A stretch of DNA of 63,236 bases, the filler included, from Octopus bimaculoides (taxonomy: Eukaryota): NCBI RefSeq assembly GCF_001194135.2. It is 4 parts of 4 records of this genome, joined end to end, with 100 filler letters (N's around TTAATTAATTAA, not from the genome) between each part and the next. Parts side by side here need not be neighbours in the genome. Positions count along the whole stretch, not along the records: positions 35,621 to 61,206 come from NC_069002.1; 3 more parts are not named here. One strand, given 5' to 3'. Positions 37,349 to 50,449 of the stretch are shown here, piece after piece. Position 1 is the first letter of the stretch. Each line of letters starts with the position of its first letter. The translations under genes were made by a program, and so were the position numbers. The notes under the pieces are model-generated. The model had not been told where the DNA came from and did not search any database. It saw only the letters and a program-made list of their open reading frames with translations.

Positions 37349-37640
37349 ATATGCTTGTGTGTCTGTGTTTGTCCCCCCCCCCCCAACATCGCNNNNNNNN
37401 NNNNNNNNNNNNNNNNNNNNNNNNNNNNNNNNNNNNNNNNNNNNNNNNNNNNNNNNNNNNNNNNNNNNNNNNNNNNNNNNNNNNNNNNNNNNNNNNNNNN
37501 NNNNNACTTAGCAGTTCGGCATAAGCGACTGATAGAATAAGTACTAGGCGTACAAAGAATAAGTCCCGGGGTCGATTTGCTCGACTAAAGGCGGTGCTCC
37601 AGCATGGCCGCAGTCAAATGACTGAAACAGGTAAAGAGAG
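37147..37640 (+). mobile_element. SINE family A, full length across a gap
   Basis: Head, core, (TA/TG)n linker and tail are all present. Confidence 0.88.
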
Positions 37641-38031
37641 TATAGAAGGAGAGAGGGAGAGAAATACTGGGTTGTAGCAGTAGTAGTAGTAGTAATAGTA
37701 GTAGTAATAGTAGTAGTAGTTGTAGTAGTAGTTGGAATAGTCTTAATATTTCTGTGGTTTGGATTGGTGAAAAGAGCATTGAAAATGTGATTAAGAACAG
37801 CAGATGATGACGAAAGAACAAAGGAACTGGGAAAATATAAAGTTAAAAATAGAAAATGTTTATGAAAGGCTAAGTGAGGACAATAAGACTTTCTAAGTTG
37901 TGTTTCAGGATTGTTTAGAAATCAGGGTAAAGAAAGAAGAGATGTGGTAAGGTGTGGTAGTAGTGCTAGTAGTAGTAGTCACAGGCTTGTTGTAAGAGAA
38001 TGCTAATAGGTTCTGTGTACATATATACAGG

Positions 38032-38335
38032 GGAGGCACAATGGCCCGGTAGTTAGGGCAGCGGATTCGCGGTCATAGGATCGCGGTTTCGATACCTAGA
38101 CCGGGCGTTGTGAGTGTTTATTGAGCGAAAACACCTAAAAGCTCCACGAGGCTCCGACAGGGGGATGGTGGCGAACCCTGCTGTACTCTTCCACCACAAC
38201 TTTCTCTCACTCTTACTTCCTGTTTCTGTTGCGCCTGTAATTCAAAGGGTCAGCCTTGTCACACTGTGTCATGCTGAATATCCCCGAGAACTACGTTAAG
38301 GGTACACGTGTCTGTGGAGTGCTCAGCCACTTGCA
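38032..38335 (+). mobile_element. tRNA-derived SINE, distinct family
   Basis: GGAGGCACAATGGCCCGGTAGTTAGGGCAGCGG...GGTTTCGATACC has tRNA-like A and B boxes, followed by a non-tRNA body. Confidence 0.7.
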
Positions 38336-38404
38336 TGGAGCATAGCGGGGGTCATACATATAACTTTATGTATGTACATTTGTATGTATGTATATATGTA
38401 TGCA

Positions 38405-38439
<35 letters not shown>

Positions 38440-38601
38440 ATGTATGTATGTATGTTTGTATTTCTGTATGTAAGATCTTCTTTGAGATTATTTAAAGTAT
38501 TTTTTTGTAGAATTCAAACCATTCTCCAACAAATGAACAAAATTCTTATACATAAGTGAAGACAGCTCTTGGAATTCTTCAATATCTAAATTGGTTGGTA
38601 A

Positions 38602-38832
38602 GGTGGCAAACTGGCAGAAACGTTCACATGCTGGGCGAAATGCCTAGTGGTATTTCATCTGTCTTTTATTTCACCCGTCTTCATGTTCTGAGTTCAAATT
38701 CTACCGAGGTCAACTTTGCCTTTCATCCGTTTGGCACGGATAAATTAAGTACCAGTTGCATACTGGGGTTGATCTAATCAACTGGCCCCCTCCCACCAAA
38801 ATTTCGGGCCTTGTGGCTAGAGCAGAAAAGAT
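38602..38832 (+). mobile_element. SINE family B
   Basis: CTGGCAGAAACGTT...GTTCTGAGTTCAAATTC...GATAAATTAAGTACCAG. Confidence 0.8.
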
Positions 38833-38914
38833 TATTTAAGGCGGTGAGCTGGCAGAAAGGGTGGCTTTCAAGCTACAATATAGCTTTTAAGCAACTGACC
38901 CCGAATGGGAAGAT

Positions 38915-39000
38915 CTGCAAACAGATATCTGGCTTGTTTTGGAGAATTTGATGCAATTGCTTCCTCCAGAGTCATATCCCAATGATGATCGTATTCGGCG
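38915..39000 (-). mobile_element. Helitron RepHel remnant
   Basis: AEYDHHWDMTLEEAIASNSPKQARYLFA resembles the Helitron DxHWxxTLEEA...SPxQxRxLFA block. Confidence 0.65.
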
Positions 39001-40657
39001 CTAAAAATCATGTAAAAAAATTGCCACAAACAATCGCAGTAATGGAAACACAGGAATCCAAAATTACAGGATTGCAGGTCCTGATTCAGCCTGGAATGTT
39101 TTTAATTTACTCACAGTATTAGCCTTTAGGTTATAAAAATTGTTATTGTACCAAAAAAATTTGTCCCAAAAAGTCAAATAAAAAAATTGCCAAAAATAAT
39201 CACAGTAATGAAAACATTAGCATACCAGATGAAATGCTTAGCAGTATTTTGTCTGTCTTCAGGCTCTGAGTTCAAATTCTGCCAAGGTCGACTTTGTCTT
39301 TCATCCTTTTGACATCGTTAACTTAAGCACCAGTTGTGTACTGGGGTCGATCTAAATTGGTTGGTGTGTGTAAATGTGTGCATGCATATGTATATATTTT
39401 TGTGTGTGATGTGTCTACATATGTATGTATGTCTGTCTGTATATACGTGTTATGTGTGTGTATGGTTGTGTGTGTGTGTGTGTGTGTGTGCGGATATGTA
39501 TATCTGTATATACATGTTATTTGTGTGTATGGTTGTATGAGTATGAGTGTGCGTGTGTATGTATGTCTCTATATATGAGTCATGTTTGTGTTGTGCTTGT
39601 GTGTGTGTGTATGTGCTGTGTGTGCGGGGACATATATGTATGCTTGTGTGTATACGTCTATGTGTGTGCATATGTAAATGTGTTCGTATGTATTCTCGTG
39701 TATGGTACGTATATACGGATGTATGCATGTGTGTGTATGTGTGTTTGTGTGTGTGTGCATGTGTGTGTGTGTGCGTACGTGTGTGAAAACATGTCAATAA
39801 TTTTAGATTTGTACTACTTTCTTATTCGAGATCCAATGTCTCAAAGTAGAAGAACAATGATAACAACAACAGCAACAACAGCAACAACAACAATTACAAT
39901 AATAACGACTGTAACAGCAAGAAAAATGCAAATAACAACAACAACAAAACAACAAGACCAACGATGAACAATGTTATCCTTGGTGGAAGTGGGTAGGGGT
40001 GGGTTGGTTCATTTGGGATGGTCATGGTTGAACATACAGTGATTGGTTTGGCTGAGTCATTTCCCTTATGTCATTGCTGAGGTCATGACATGAGTGTGAG
40101 TGAGAGTGAGAGAGAGTGTTTGTATGTCTCAGAGAGAGAGAAAGAGAGAGAGAGCAAGGAAGAGAGAAAGGAAGAGAGAAAGGAAGAGGGGGGCATAAAA
40201 TGGGTGACTAAGATAAAGACTATTATATAATCTAACAAATTTGTATAACACAGTGTATATGTATATATCATCATCATCATCATCNNNNNNNNNNNNNNNN
40301 NNNNNNNNNNNNNNNNNNNNNNNNNNNNNNNNNNNNNNNNNNNNNNNNNNNNNNNNNNNNNNNNNNNNNNNNNNNNNNNNNNNNNNNNNNNNNNNNNNNN
40401 NNNNNNNNNNNNNNNNNNNNNNNNNNNNNNNNNNNNNNNNNNNNNNNNNNNNNNNNNNNNNNNNNNNNNNNNNNNNNNNNNNNNNNNNNNNNNNNNNNNN
40501 NNNNNNNNNNNNNNNNNNNNNNNNNNNNNNNNNNNNNNNNNNNNNNNNNNNNNNNNNNNNNNNNNNNNNNNNNNNNNNNNNNNNNNNNNNNNNNNNNNNN
40601 NNNNNNNNNNNNNNNNNNNNNNNNNNNNNNNNNNNNNNNNNNNNNNNNNNNTGTGTG

Positions 40658-40692
<35 letters not shown>

Positions 40693-41222
40693 ATATTCCT
40701 CCTTGTCACATCCACTTTTCCATTCCGATGGAATCAGTCAAGTGAGGTCTTTCTCCAGCTGGTTACCCTTCTTGTCACCAACCCACACCCATGTCCATGT
40801 AAGGCAATATTTCTTTCCCTGGAAATGGCTTCACGGATGTTTCAAAGGAAGGTCACTATGTGAACTACAGTGACACTTGTTGATAATAATCATGTGATGT
40901 CAATACAAGGACATGCGCACTCACACACACACATACAGACAGATACACACACACACACACACACACACTCACACGTGTCAAATCCATTCACAAAGCTTAG
41001 GTCAGCTTAGGGCTACAGTAGAAGGCTTGCTCTAAGTGACATGCAGTGGGACTGAACTTAAAACCATATGGTTGGTAAGCAAACTTCTTAACACATGCCA
41101 CGATTTGATCACAGTCTCCAACAGCTTCATATATCCATTTAAATTGAGTCTAAAGCCCTGTTCAAAGATTTGGGGTCAGTATGAAGTCAGCTTTGCTGGA
41201 GACACATCCAAAGACCATCATA

Positions 41223-41312
41223 GTTATTATTATTATTATTATTATTATTGTTGTTGTTGTTGTTGTTGTTGCTGTTGTTGTTGTTGTTGTTGTTGTTGTT
41301 ATTGTTGTTGTT
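41223..41312. repeat. (TTA)n(TTG)n compound microsatellite
   Basis: Read directly from the sequence. Confidence 0.95.
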
Positions 41313-41654
41313 TGTAAAGTGCATTCCTCCCACAGGTGTGGCTGCCATTATATGTTGTTGTTGCTTTACGCTAGCAGCCACAATAGTTAGTCATTAGATA
41401 CCGTTGTATTTCTTTGTATTGGAATAGCAATACACTAACTTCTTCTGTCTTACTATTGCTGATAGCTCCACAAGACACCAACTAGAACTGTCGACTCTCA
41501 ACTCTCAGACTCTCGACCCTTTCTTGATGACCGGCTACTGGTATATTTATAATGGCTGAGTCCTACCATTTTTTACCGGGAGGAGTATACAGTTTCACTA
41601 TACACCATTGTTGTTGTTGTTGCTTAGTGTAATTCAAGAGAGTGAGGATGTTTC

Positions 41655-42370
41655 TACCTGGTTGCCTCACCTGCTAGAAATAGCAACTAAATCTCCCTTG
41701 AATTTCAACTTAATGTCTTAGATAAGAAAAGACACATCAGGTAATGTAGTCCTTGACCTCTCATTCCCCTGAAAAGACAGGATGGTCATTGTTGGAACTC
41801 CTTTGATTGATTAGCGATGACCAAGGACCAAACAGCAACAGCAACAAGCAAGAGAACTTTAAAACAATGTAGTCCAAGATATATGACAAGATGGGCATGG
41901 CTCGAACACCAGGATTGTTTCAGGATTGATCTGGAGCTAAACAACAAGGAAAAGCACATTATATGATGTTGTTCTAGATATAAGACAGGATGGTCGTATT
42001 TGGAACATCTTTGACAATGTGCTCGTTCAATCAAAAACTGACCTGGGGCTAAACAAAAAGGAAGGAGATATTAAATAATGAAGTGCTAGATATAAAACAG
42101 GATAGTCATAACCGGACCGTCTCTGATGATATGTCTGTCCAACCAGAATTGACATGGGGTTAAACAAGGAAGGATGCATTAAATAATGAAGTACTCGATA
42201 TAAGACAAGATGGGCATTGTTGGACTGTCTCTGATGATATGTCTGTCCAACCAGGATTGACCTGGGGTTAAACAACAAAGGACATTAAATAGCGTCGTCC
42301 TTGATATAAGACATGATGGTCAGCACTGGAACGTCTCTGATGATAAGCCTGTCCTACCAGCGTTGACCTA
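41655..42370 (+). repeat. Family D repeat whose 3' half is tandemly amplified (about 100-112-bp units)
   Basis: The GATATAAGACAGGATGG anchor recurs at 41878, 41977, 42089, 42197 and 42303. Confidence 0.85.
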
Positions 42371-42529
42371 ATTCTCCCCCCTCCATTGTTTTAACCAGAG
42401 ACACTGATGACAATTCTCCATTTCCACACAAATTCTCAACATTTTTCTAATTTAATCATCTCTGGTGAAACAATTCTTTTCCCAGAATTCTTGTTTTTTT
42501 TCTTCGTTAATATGTAAAACTGAAATAAG

Positions 42530-43225
42530 GATTGGTGGTGGCAGAGGTGGTGTTGATGGTGGTGTTGGTGGTGGTGTTGGTGGTGGTGGTAGAGACAAAG
42601 CTACAGCTGGTGGTGTTGGTGGTGCTGGTGATGGTAGTGGTGGTGTTCGATGTGGTGGTTAGTGGTAGCTCTTATGTTGGTGGTAGTGGCAAAGCTGTTG
42701 GTGGTGGTGGTGGTGGTAGTGATGATGGTGGGTGGAGGGCTGTTAGTGTTGGTGGTGGTGGTGTTGGTGTNNNNNNNNNNNNNNNNNNGTGGTGGTGGTA
42801 GTGATGATGGTGGGTGGAGGGCTGTTAGTGTTGGTGGTGGTGGTGTTGGTGTTGTTGGTGGTTGCAGAGGTGGTAGCGGTTATGATGGTGATGGTGGTGG
42901 TTGTGGCGGTTGTGATGGTGGTAGTTGTGATTGTGGATGTGGTGGTGATTGTGGTGGTGGTGGTGATGTTGTTGTTGGTGGTGTTGGTACTAGTAGTAGT
43001 AGCAGCAGCAGCAGTAGTACTGATAGTGGTGGTAGTAGTAGTAGTAATAGTAGTATTGGTAGTAGTAGCAGCAGCAGCAGTAGTAGTAGTAGTAGTAGTA
43101 GTAATGGTGGTGGTGGTGGTGGTAGTGTTGGCAGCGATTGAAGTGGCAGTGGTGCTTATGAGTGGTAAGGATCCTGGACAAAGTAGTAGTGATGATGGAA
43201 GTGGCTTAAAACCAGTCATTCAATT

Positions 43226-43307
<82 letters not shown>

Positions 43308-43370
43308 AGAGAGAGAGGGAGAAAGAAAGAGAGAGAAAGGGAAAGAGAGAGAAAGAAAAGGAGAGTGTAA
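42530..43370. repeat. Compound (GGT)n/(TAG)n/(CAG)n then (GA)n microsatellite
   Basis: Read directly; includes a duplicated GGTAGTGATGATGGTGGGTGGAGGGCTG unit either side of a gap. Confidence 0.9.
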
Positions 43371-44354
43371 GAGCATCTACATATTTTTTTTTTAAACCCC
43401 TAAACTGTATGTTAACCGAAAAGAATATATGAAAAATGGAGAATAAACAAACATAGCATGTCATCATTGTAGAGCATTTAATTCATAATTTAAACATAGT
43501 ACAGAGTAGTTATAGTAAACAGGGGACGTCTTTTTACAGCTGTTTCGAGGATAGCTAAGCATGTGGATTTTATATTATTGAGTAAAGATTTCCACGTCGG
43601 TTTGGTATTCTGTTATTGGAAAGAGAGAGAGAAATGAGGAAAGAAAGAAAAATAAGGAATATCTTTAATCCAGAAAGAATGTTTAAAGAAAAAAGATGAT
43701 AGTGGTTGTTAGATCCCTGATTAAAAGATTAAGTAGATCCATAGTGAAAGACAGGGTCTGTTAGCAGATCCATTGTGTTGAAGTATCACTGAAGAATATA
43801 CGTGTGTGTGTGTGTGTGTGAGTGTGTTTGTGTGTGTGCGTGTGTGTGCGCGTGTGTGCGCGCGTGTATGTGTGTTTGTGTGTATATATATGTATATGTA
43901 AAATATTTAACTCCTATATATATATGTGTGTGTGTATATATATATGTGTGTGTGTATATATATATACGTATGTGTATATATATATGTATATATGTGTGTG
44001 TGTGTATATATATGTATATATGTATGTGTGTGTGTGTGTGTGTGTGTGTTTGTATGCATGTATGTGTGTGTATATATAATTCTGCTGCACACAAGACACT
44101 GCATGTAGTCTTAGAAGACAATTAAACACAGACCCATTTAAATACTTTTGTTATTTAATCGGTGAACGAACTGTTTGATCGTCATTATCAGCTGCTCAAC
44201 ACAATCAACGATGTTTTCCTCAGTGTAAGTGTACTTAGAGAAATATCATTGCTAGTGGTGATGGAGTTGGTGGTGGTGGTGTTGGTGGTGTTGGTGGTGG
44301 TGGTGGTGTCGAGGAAGGTGTTGTCGGTATTGGCCTGTTGCTAGTAATTTTGGT

Positions 44355-45279
44355 CTTCCTTCCCCCTGGTACCATTGCGCAAATGCTCGTTTTCCAAATC
44401 TTTCTACCTACGAATCACCACCCCTCCAGAATTCCTTTCCAATCCAGTTTCTTCTTCCCGCTGGCATTCACTTCCAGGATGTCCTGATCGAGACTCTCCT
44501 GAGGTGAGAAACCTCCACGCTGATCTATCTGCGGCAGAGCCTTCGAGTTCGCGTGGTCTAATGCTGCGCCAGTTGAGGTTACTTTTCAGAGTGTCTTTGT
44601 ACCTCAGTTTAGGTTTACTCGTTTTCGTGAGCCCTGCGTGAGCTCGCTGTACAACAGCTGTCTGGGTACACGGGTTTTAAGGCATTCTGATGACATGGCC
44701 AGTCTAGCGTAACTGAGCCTACAGCAACATTGACTAAATGCTTGTTGAACAGGCTCTGTCCAGTACTTTTTGGTTTGTCACACTGTCTTGTCAACGAATG
44801 CCCATGATTCTGTGCAGTGCCCTTGTGTGAAATTGTTCAAGGTGTTTGATGTGCCTGTGCATGGGGTCCCTGTTTGACATCCATAGAGTAGTGTAGAAAC
44901 GACTACAGACTTGTAGATCTTGGGCTTTGTCGGTAGTCTGATGCCTTTCTGCTGGAGGAGTTTCACTTTCAGTCTTCCAAGTGCTTGCTTGGCTGGCCTT
45001 GTGGATTCTGGATAATATTTCGCTGTCCAATGATCCATCAGCTGAAATTGCGCTGCCAAGGTACCTGATACTTTCCACACACTTAAGTTGGACTCCCTCA
45101 ATGGTGATGTTTGAGTGGGGGCAAATTATTTGGGGTTGCTTGGGCTAGGACCTCCGTTTTCTCAAGGCTAATGGTCAGTCCAAAGAACCTTGGTAGTTCT
45201 GAAAAGCGATCAACAATGATCAGCAGGTGATTTTCCTTGTGTACCTTAAGGGCACAGTCATCTGCAAATACGACTTCAA
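44355..45279 (-). mobile_element. RTE-clade LINE RT remnant
   Basis: FADDCAL, GLTISLEKTEVL, RYLGSAIS, KIYKSVVVSTLLYGC, LEQFHTRALHRIMGI, QLRWTGHVIRMP and KPKLRYKDTLK, with frameshifts. Confidence 0.93.
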
Positions 45280-46540
45280 ATGTGTGTGTGTATGTGTGTG
45301 TGCGCCTATATTTGTCCTCCAGCACCACTTGACAACCGATATTGGCTTGTTTACGTTCTCGTGGCTTTGCGGTTCGGCAAAAAGAGACCGATAGAATAAG
45401 TAGGCAGGCTATAAAAAAAAAATACTGGGGGGTCGATTCATTCGACTAAAAAAACTTCTTCAGGGCGGTGCCCCAGCATGGCCGCAGTCTAATAAGTGAA
45501 ACAAGTATAAAATAAGAGATTTGCTACTTTCTTGTTTATCGTTTCCCACGAAAATATGAAAAGCAAAGTTGNNNNNNNNNNNNNNNNNNNNNNNNNNNNN
45601 NNNNNNNNNNNNNNNNNNNNNNNNNNNNNNNNNNNNNNNNNNNNNNNNNNNNNNNNNNNNNNNNNNNNNNNNNNNNNNNNNNNNNNNNNNNNNNNNNNNN
45701 NNNNNNNNNNNNNNNNNNNNNNNNNNNNNNNNNNNNNNNNNNNNNNNNNNNNNNNNNNNNNNNNNNNNNNNNNNNNNNNNNNNNNNNNNNNNNNNNNNNN
45801 NNNNNNNNNNNNNNNNNNNNNNNNNNNNNNNNNNNNNNNNNNNNNNNNNNNNNNNNNNNNNNNNNNNNNNNNNNNNNNNNNNNNNNNNNNNNNNNNNNNN
45901 NNNNNNNNNNNNNNNNNNNNNNNNNNNNNNNNNNNNNNNNNNNNNNNNNNNNNNNNNNNNNNNNNNNNNNNNNNNNNNNNNNNNNNNNNNNNNNNNNNNN
46001 NNNNNNNNNNNNNNNNNNNNNNNNNNNNNNNNNNNNNNNNNNNNNNNNNNNNNNNNNNNNNNNNNNNNNNNNNNNNNNNNNNNNNNNNNNNNNNNNNNNN
46101 NNNNNNNNNNNNNNNNNNNNNNNNNNNNNNNNNNNNNNNNNNNNNNNNNNNNNNNNNNNNNNNNNNNNNNNNNNNNNNNNNNNNNNNNNNNNNNNNNNNN
46201 NNNNNNNNNNNNNNNNNNNNNNNNNNNNNNNNNNNNNNNNNNNNNNNNNNNNNNNNNNNNNNNNNNNNNNNNNNNNNNNNNNNNNNNNNNNNNNNNNNNN
46301 NNNNNNNNNNNNNNNNNNNNNNNNNNNNNNNNNNNNNNNNNNNNNNNNNNNNNNNNNNNNNNNNNNNNNNNNNNNNNNNNNNNNNNNNNNNNNNNNNNNN
46401 NNNNNNNNNNNNNNNNNNNNNNNNNNNNNNNNNNNNNNNNNNNNNNNNNNNNNNNNNNNNNNNNNNNNNNNNNNNNNNNNNNNNNNNNNNNNNNNNNNNN
46501 NNNNNNNNNNNNNNTATATATATATATATGTATATATACA

Positions 46541-46850
46541 CACGAGGGGTGTCTGAAAAGTTTTGAACCTAACCTAGAATCGGAGCTGCTAGGTATAGGT
46601 AGCTGAAACAATTTTTTCTGGTTAGTACAGTCTTTTGGGAGTATTCTTGCTCATTTTCATGATTCTGATATTAAAATATTTTTTTGTTGCAGATTTAAAA
46701 AAAACAAGTGTTGAGGTTACAAGGAAAATGGAGAAAACTGAGTATCGTGCTGTCATAAAGTACCTTCATTTGACTCCATCAGAAATCCATGAAGATATGG
46801 TGAGAACCATAACAGACAATGCTCCTTCATATGCAACAGTCTCAACCGCT
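46541..46850 (+). mobile_element. Mariner 5' end (ITR and transposase N-terminus), truncated
   Basis: ITR-like CACGAGGGGTGTCTGAAAAGTTTTGAACC; ATG at 46728 reads MEKTEYRAVIKYLHLTPSEIHEDMVRTITDNAPSYATV. Confidence 0.85.
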
Positions 46851-47472
46851 GTTACAGAGACTGCTTCGGACCTCTCCGTCCTTTATTCCCACCGAGAAAG
46901 TATTGTATTGATTACCCTTCGGATCAAGCTTTTCGATTCGCCCTTGGACCTCAGATCCCCACCTTCACCAAAAAGCCAATAAAATGCATGTGACCTTTGA
47001 ATAGAATGTAACCGCGATGGAGTCCTTCCTTATAAATAGTAACGGAGCTGCCTCCAGGCTCTAGCCTGGAGATCTTAGAGATTTGCTTTTAATCTACAAG
47101 GTTATTCTTATGAAAGTCAAACTAAAACAGGGTTTCAAAAGTTTTTTAAATGCCCAGAAAAATCCCTATATACCTGAAAAGGCACTTTGAAATGATTAAT
47201 TTTCGATTAGATATCGATATTGTGACAGTTTTTTCCGTATCTGCACCATTTGGAAGGTATAGAGTATATCTATCATTGAAAATGTTACATCCATTTATGT
47301 CACGCACGTCACACCAGGTCAGTGAGAATTGTGACCTCAGACAGTGTTGTTGCCCAACAAACTCGGCATGTTTTGAAATTTCAAGGCCAATGTAAATGAA
47401 CATTACGAGGCCTTTTATGCTGTTCGGGAGAAAGTCTGAGAAATTAGCAGCTAATATTTCCAGGTAAACAAA

Positions 47473-47822
47473 GGCGGTGAGCCAGCAGAACCGTTAGTAT
47501 TCTGCGTAAAATGCTTAGCGGTATTTCGTCCGTCTTTACGTTCTGAGTTCAAATTCCACCGAGGTTGACTTTGCCTTTCAACATTTCGCGGTTGATAAAA
47601 AAAAAAAGTACCAGTTATGCACTGGGGTTGATGTAATCGACTTATTCCTTTCCGCCAAACTTGCTGGCGTTGTGCCAAAATTTGAAATCAATATTTTCAG
47701 GTAAGAAAAAAAAAGGCTGCGGGCTGGCAGAATCGTTAGCGCGCTGGACACAATGTTAAGCGGTATTTTGTGCATCTTTACGTTCTGAGTTCAAATGCCG
47801 TCGTGGTCGGCTTTGCCTTTTA
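47473..47822 (+). mobile_element. Two tandem SINE family B copies
   Basis: Heads at 47473 and about 47715; B box GAGTTCAAAT. Confidence 0.8.
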
Positions 47823-48714
47823 NNNNNNNNNNNNNNNNNNNNNNNNNNNNNNNNNNNNNNNNNNNNNNNNNNNNNNNNNNNNNNNNNNNNNNNNNNNNNN
47901 NNNNNNNNNNNNNNNNNNNNNNNNNNNNNNNNNNNNNNNNNNNNNNNNNNNNNNNNNNNNNNNNNNNNNNNNNNNNNNNNNNNNNNNNNNNNNNNNNNNN
48001 NNNNNNNNNNNNNNNNNNNNNNNNNAAGGTCTATTACGATTAAGAACACAAAAATCTATTCGAGATTTTAAATGTAAAAATCTTTATCTTTATTGTTAAC
48101 AAAATAAATGTTATCGTTACTACGAATGACAAAAGAATGATGTTTACAGCAAAATAGTTCGAAGGTTAAGTGAAGTGTTGTTAGACGAAGGTATAATAGT
48201 AATGGCCGTCGTGAACTTCTTAAAGTTAGCTGCGTATGTGTGTCACTGTTGCTGCAATCTAATGTTTTCGTGTCGTGACAGTTCTCTGGTCGGCTGCTGG
48301 TTCACTGCTATCGTCTGCTGTGTAATGGCTGAAATGCGCTGAATGTATAGCGATTGTCTTGGTCAGAAAAAGCGTGCCAAAATTGAAATTGTTGTTAGAT
48401 CCGGTTCCACAAGAATTCTTAAATTGTCTGATATTTTGGTGACGTCAGTAATATTTGAGTGAATGTTCTTTAGTTGTTTTTTGCTTGCTTTTATTTTTGC
48501 ATCGGATGTAGTGATCCGGGTTCGATTTCGAAGTTTTGCCATTGCTACAGGCCACTGCTACAGGCCTATTGGAGCTGAAGGCACAATAGACACAGAAGGA
48601 AGAGCCATCGAGGACAACGCAGAGGCTGTTGGAAAAGTATCTACCTTACATCTGCCTGCAACACCGATTCCGAGTTGCACAGAGTTCAGTTCTTCGCAAT
48701 AGATTAAAAACATC

Positions 48715-48848
48715 CTATTCCACCGAGGTCGACTTTGCCTTTCATTCTTTCGGGGTCGATAGAATAAGTACCAGCTGAGAACTGGGGTCGAGGTAATCGA
48801 CTCACTCCTGCGAACATGCTGACCTTGTGCTAAAATTTCAAACTAATA
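48715..48848 (+). mobile_element. SINE family B, 3' part
   Basis: CCACCGAGGTCGACTTTGCCTTTCAT...TAAGTACCAG...CTGGGGTCGAGGTAATCGAC. Confidence 0.75.
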
Positions 48849-49734
48849 TATTAAAAACATCCGTTAAATTGTTAGCTATTCAGAAACTCGCAAAGTCTAT
48901 TAATGTTACTCAAACATTTATTGTTTATAATATGGTCTAAAAACTTCGTCGATGGAATATTTTTATCCGTGATGTAGTGCAACGTTATCAACGACCAAGT
49001 GTTAGTTTCGAGGAGCGAAAATTTTGGTTAATGGTGTTTTGTGTTTCTGAATGGCTGATTTATGTCTTTTATGCTGTAATTGTTTTAATTTCAAAACATT
49101 TGCCTAACAAGGACATTTCCGTAATTCCGTTCAATTGTTCTGCCGTAATCTCCAACAAATCATACCCAACTATGGTATATAAGGAAAGGATACGTTGGTT
49201 AATGCATTCTTTGGTATAGTATGACTATAAGAAAAGACGAGTTGGTCACAGTTGGAACGTCTTTCATTAAATATCTGCCAATTAACGTTAATCTGAGGTT
49301 AAACAGCATTTAAAAAATACATAAAAAATATTTATAAACTGTGCAAGGGAAATAACTCTAGATAAATTCAAGGGAAATAATTTCCTACTAAGGGAAATGA
49401 TTCAAATAGACAATCAAAGGGAAGTAACCAAGTAAAGCAAAATGTCTAGGTGTGCCATCTGCGCTAAAACTTACAGTTAATTATGCAATTAAACAGTGAG
49501 TTTCTAACATACGGCCAGAAATTAGGGACTCAACTGGAAAAATGTATTTTATCAATGCTAATATGATGACAGGCAAAGTCGAACACTGTGGTATTTGAAC
49601 TTAAAGCGTAATGAGCAGGGATTTTGTCTCACCACCCTAACGATTCTGCCACGCGAGTATTACTCAGGACTGTTGAAGTTGGTCATTGTCTGCTGAAGTC
49701 GATAGTGGCGCCCTCTCTCAAACTTATTCACGAT

Positions 49735-49870
49735 GATCCGGACCCCACGCCTATTTAACAACCTCTTCTTTGCGGCTAACTTAATCGCTTTGAGGAAGCA
49801 GGATGGTGGCACACACTCCATAGTTGCGTGTAACATATTCAGAAGGTTCATGGTGGAATTCATTTGCCAT
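49735..49870 (+). mobile_element. CRE-like LINE RT remnant
   Basis: LFFAANLIALRKQDGGTHSIVACNIFRRF resembles the CRE-type FFGANLxALxKKDGGxRPIAVGNxxRRL motif. Confidence 0.55.
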
Positions 49871-50178
49871 CTTGTCGCCAGGGCCGTCTAAGCAAAACTA
49901 TACGCTCCCGCCCCTAGAGAAACCACTTCACCGAACCTTATAATATGTGTTTATTGATGCTGTGACGATTCTGCTTGGTCGCCGCCTTAACAACAACAAA
50001 AATCCTTTCTGATTTTGGTATAACACCTGATGATTTGAAGGGAAAGAGCAAGTCTATTACATCGCTCCAGAATTTGATTGACAAGCACTTTATTTTATTG
50101 ATCTACAATGACGGAAACACCCTCACCCCAAACATTTAAGACAATATAACTATAAAGGACTGCGGAGATTAACAGAAA

Positions 50179-50416
50179 GGCGGTGAGCTGGCAGAAACGT
50201 TAGCAACGCCGGGCGAAATGCTTAGCGGTATTTCGTCTGCCGTTACGTTCTGAGTTCAAATTCCGCCGAGGTCGACATTGCCTTTCATCCTTTCGGGGTC
50301 GATAAATTAAGTACCAGTTACGCACTGGGGTCGATGTAATCGACTTAATCCCTTTGTCTGTCCTTGTTTGTCCCCTCTATGTTTAGCCCCTCGTGGGCAA
50401 TAAAGAAATAAGAAAC
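50179..50416 (+). mobile_element. SINE family B, full-length young-looking copy
   Basis: GGCGGTGAGCTGGCAGAAACGTTAGC...GAGTTCAAATTCC...tail AATAAAGAAATAAGAAAC. Confidence 0.9.
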
Positions 50417-50449
50417 ACGTGTAAATAAGAACAATTAACAAAGAAATTG

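Noticed and set aside
42120-42350. Repeated CTGATGA in the 108-bp tandem array (retrozyme-like periodicity)
   Set aside because: No downstream GAAA box or stem II/III in any unit.
47052-47071. Perfect short hairpin CTCCAGGC-TCTA-GCCTGGAG (possible Helitron end or terminator)
   Set aside because: No CTRR at the expected distance and no linked Helitron sequence. Rho-independent terminators are not relevant in a eukaryote.
47146-47403. Overlapping 81-85-aa ORFs on both strands, including a CRYGKNCH zinc-finger-like word
   Set aside because: No frame gives a consistent spliced exon with a recognisable domain.
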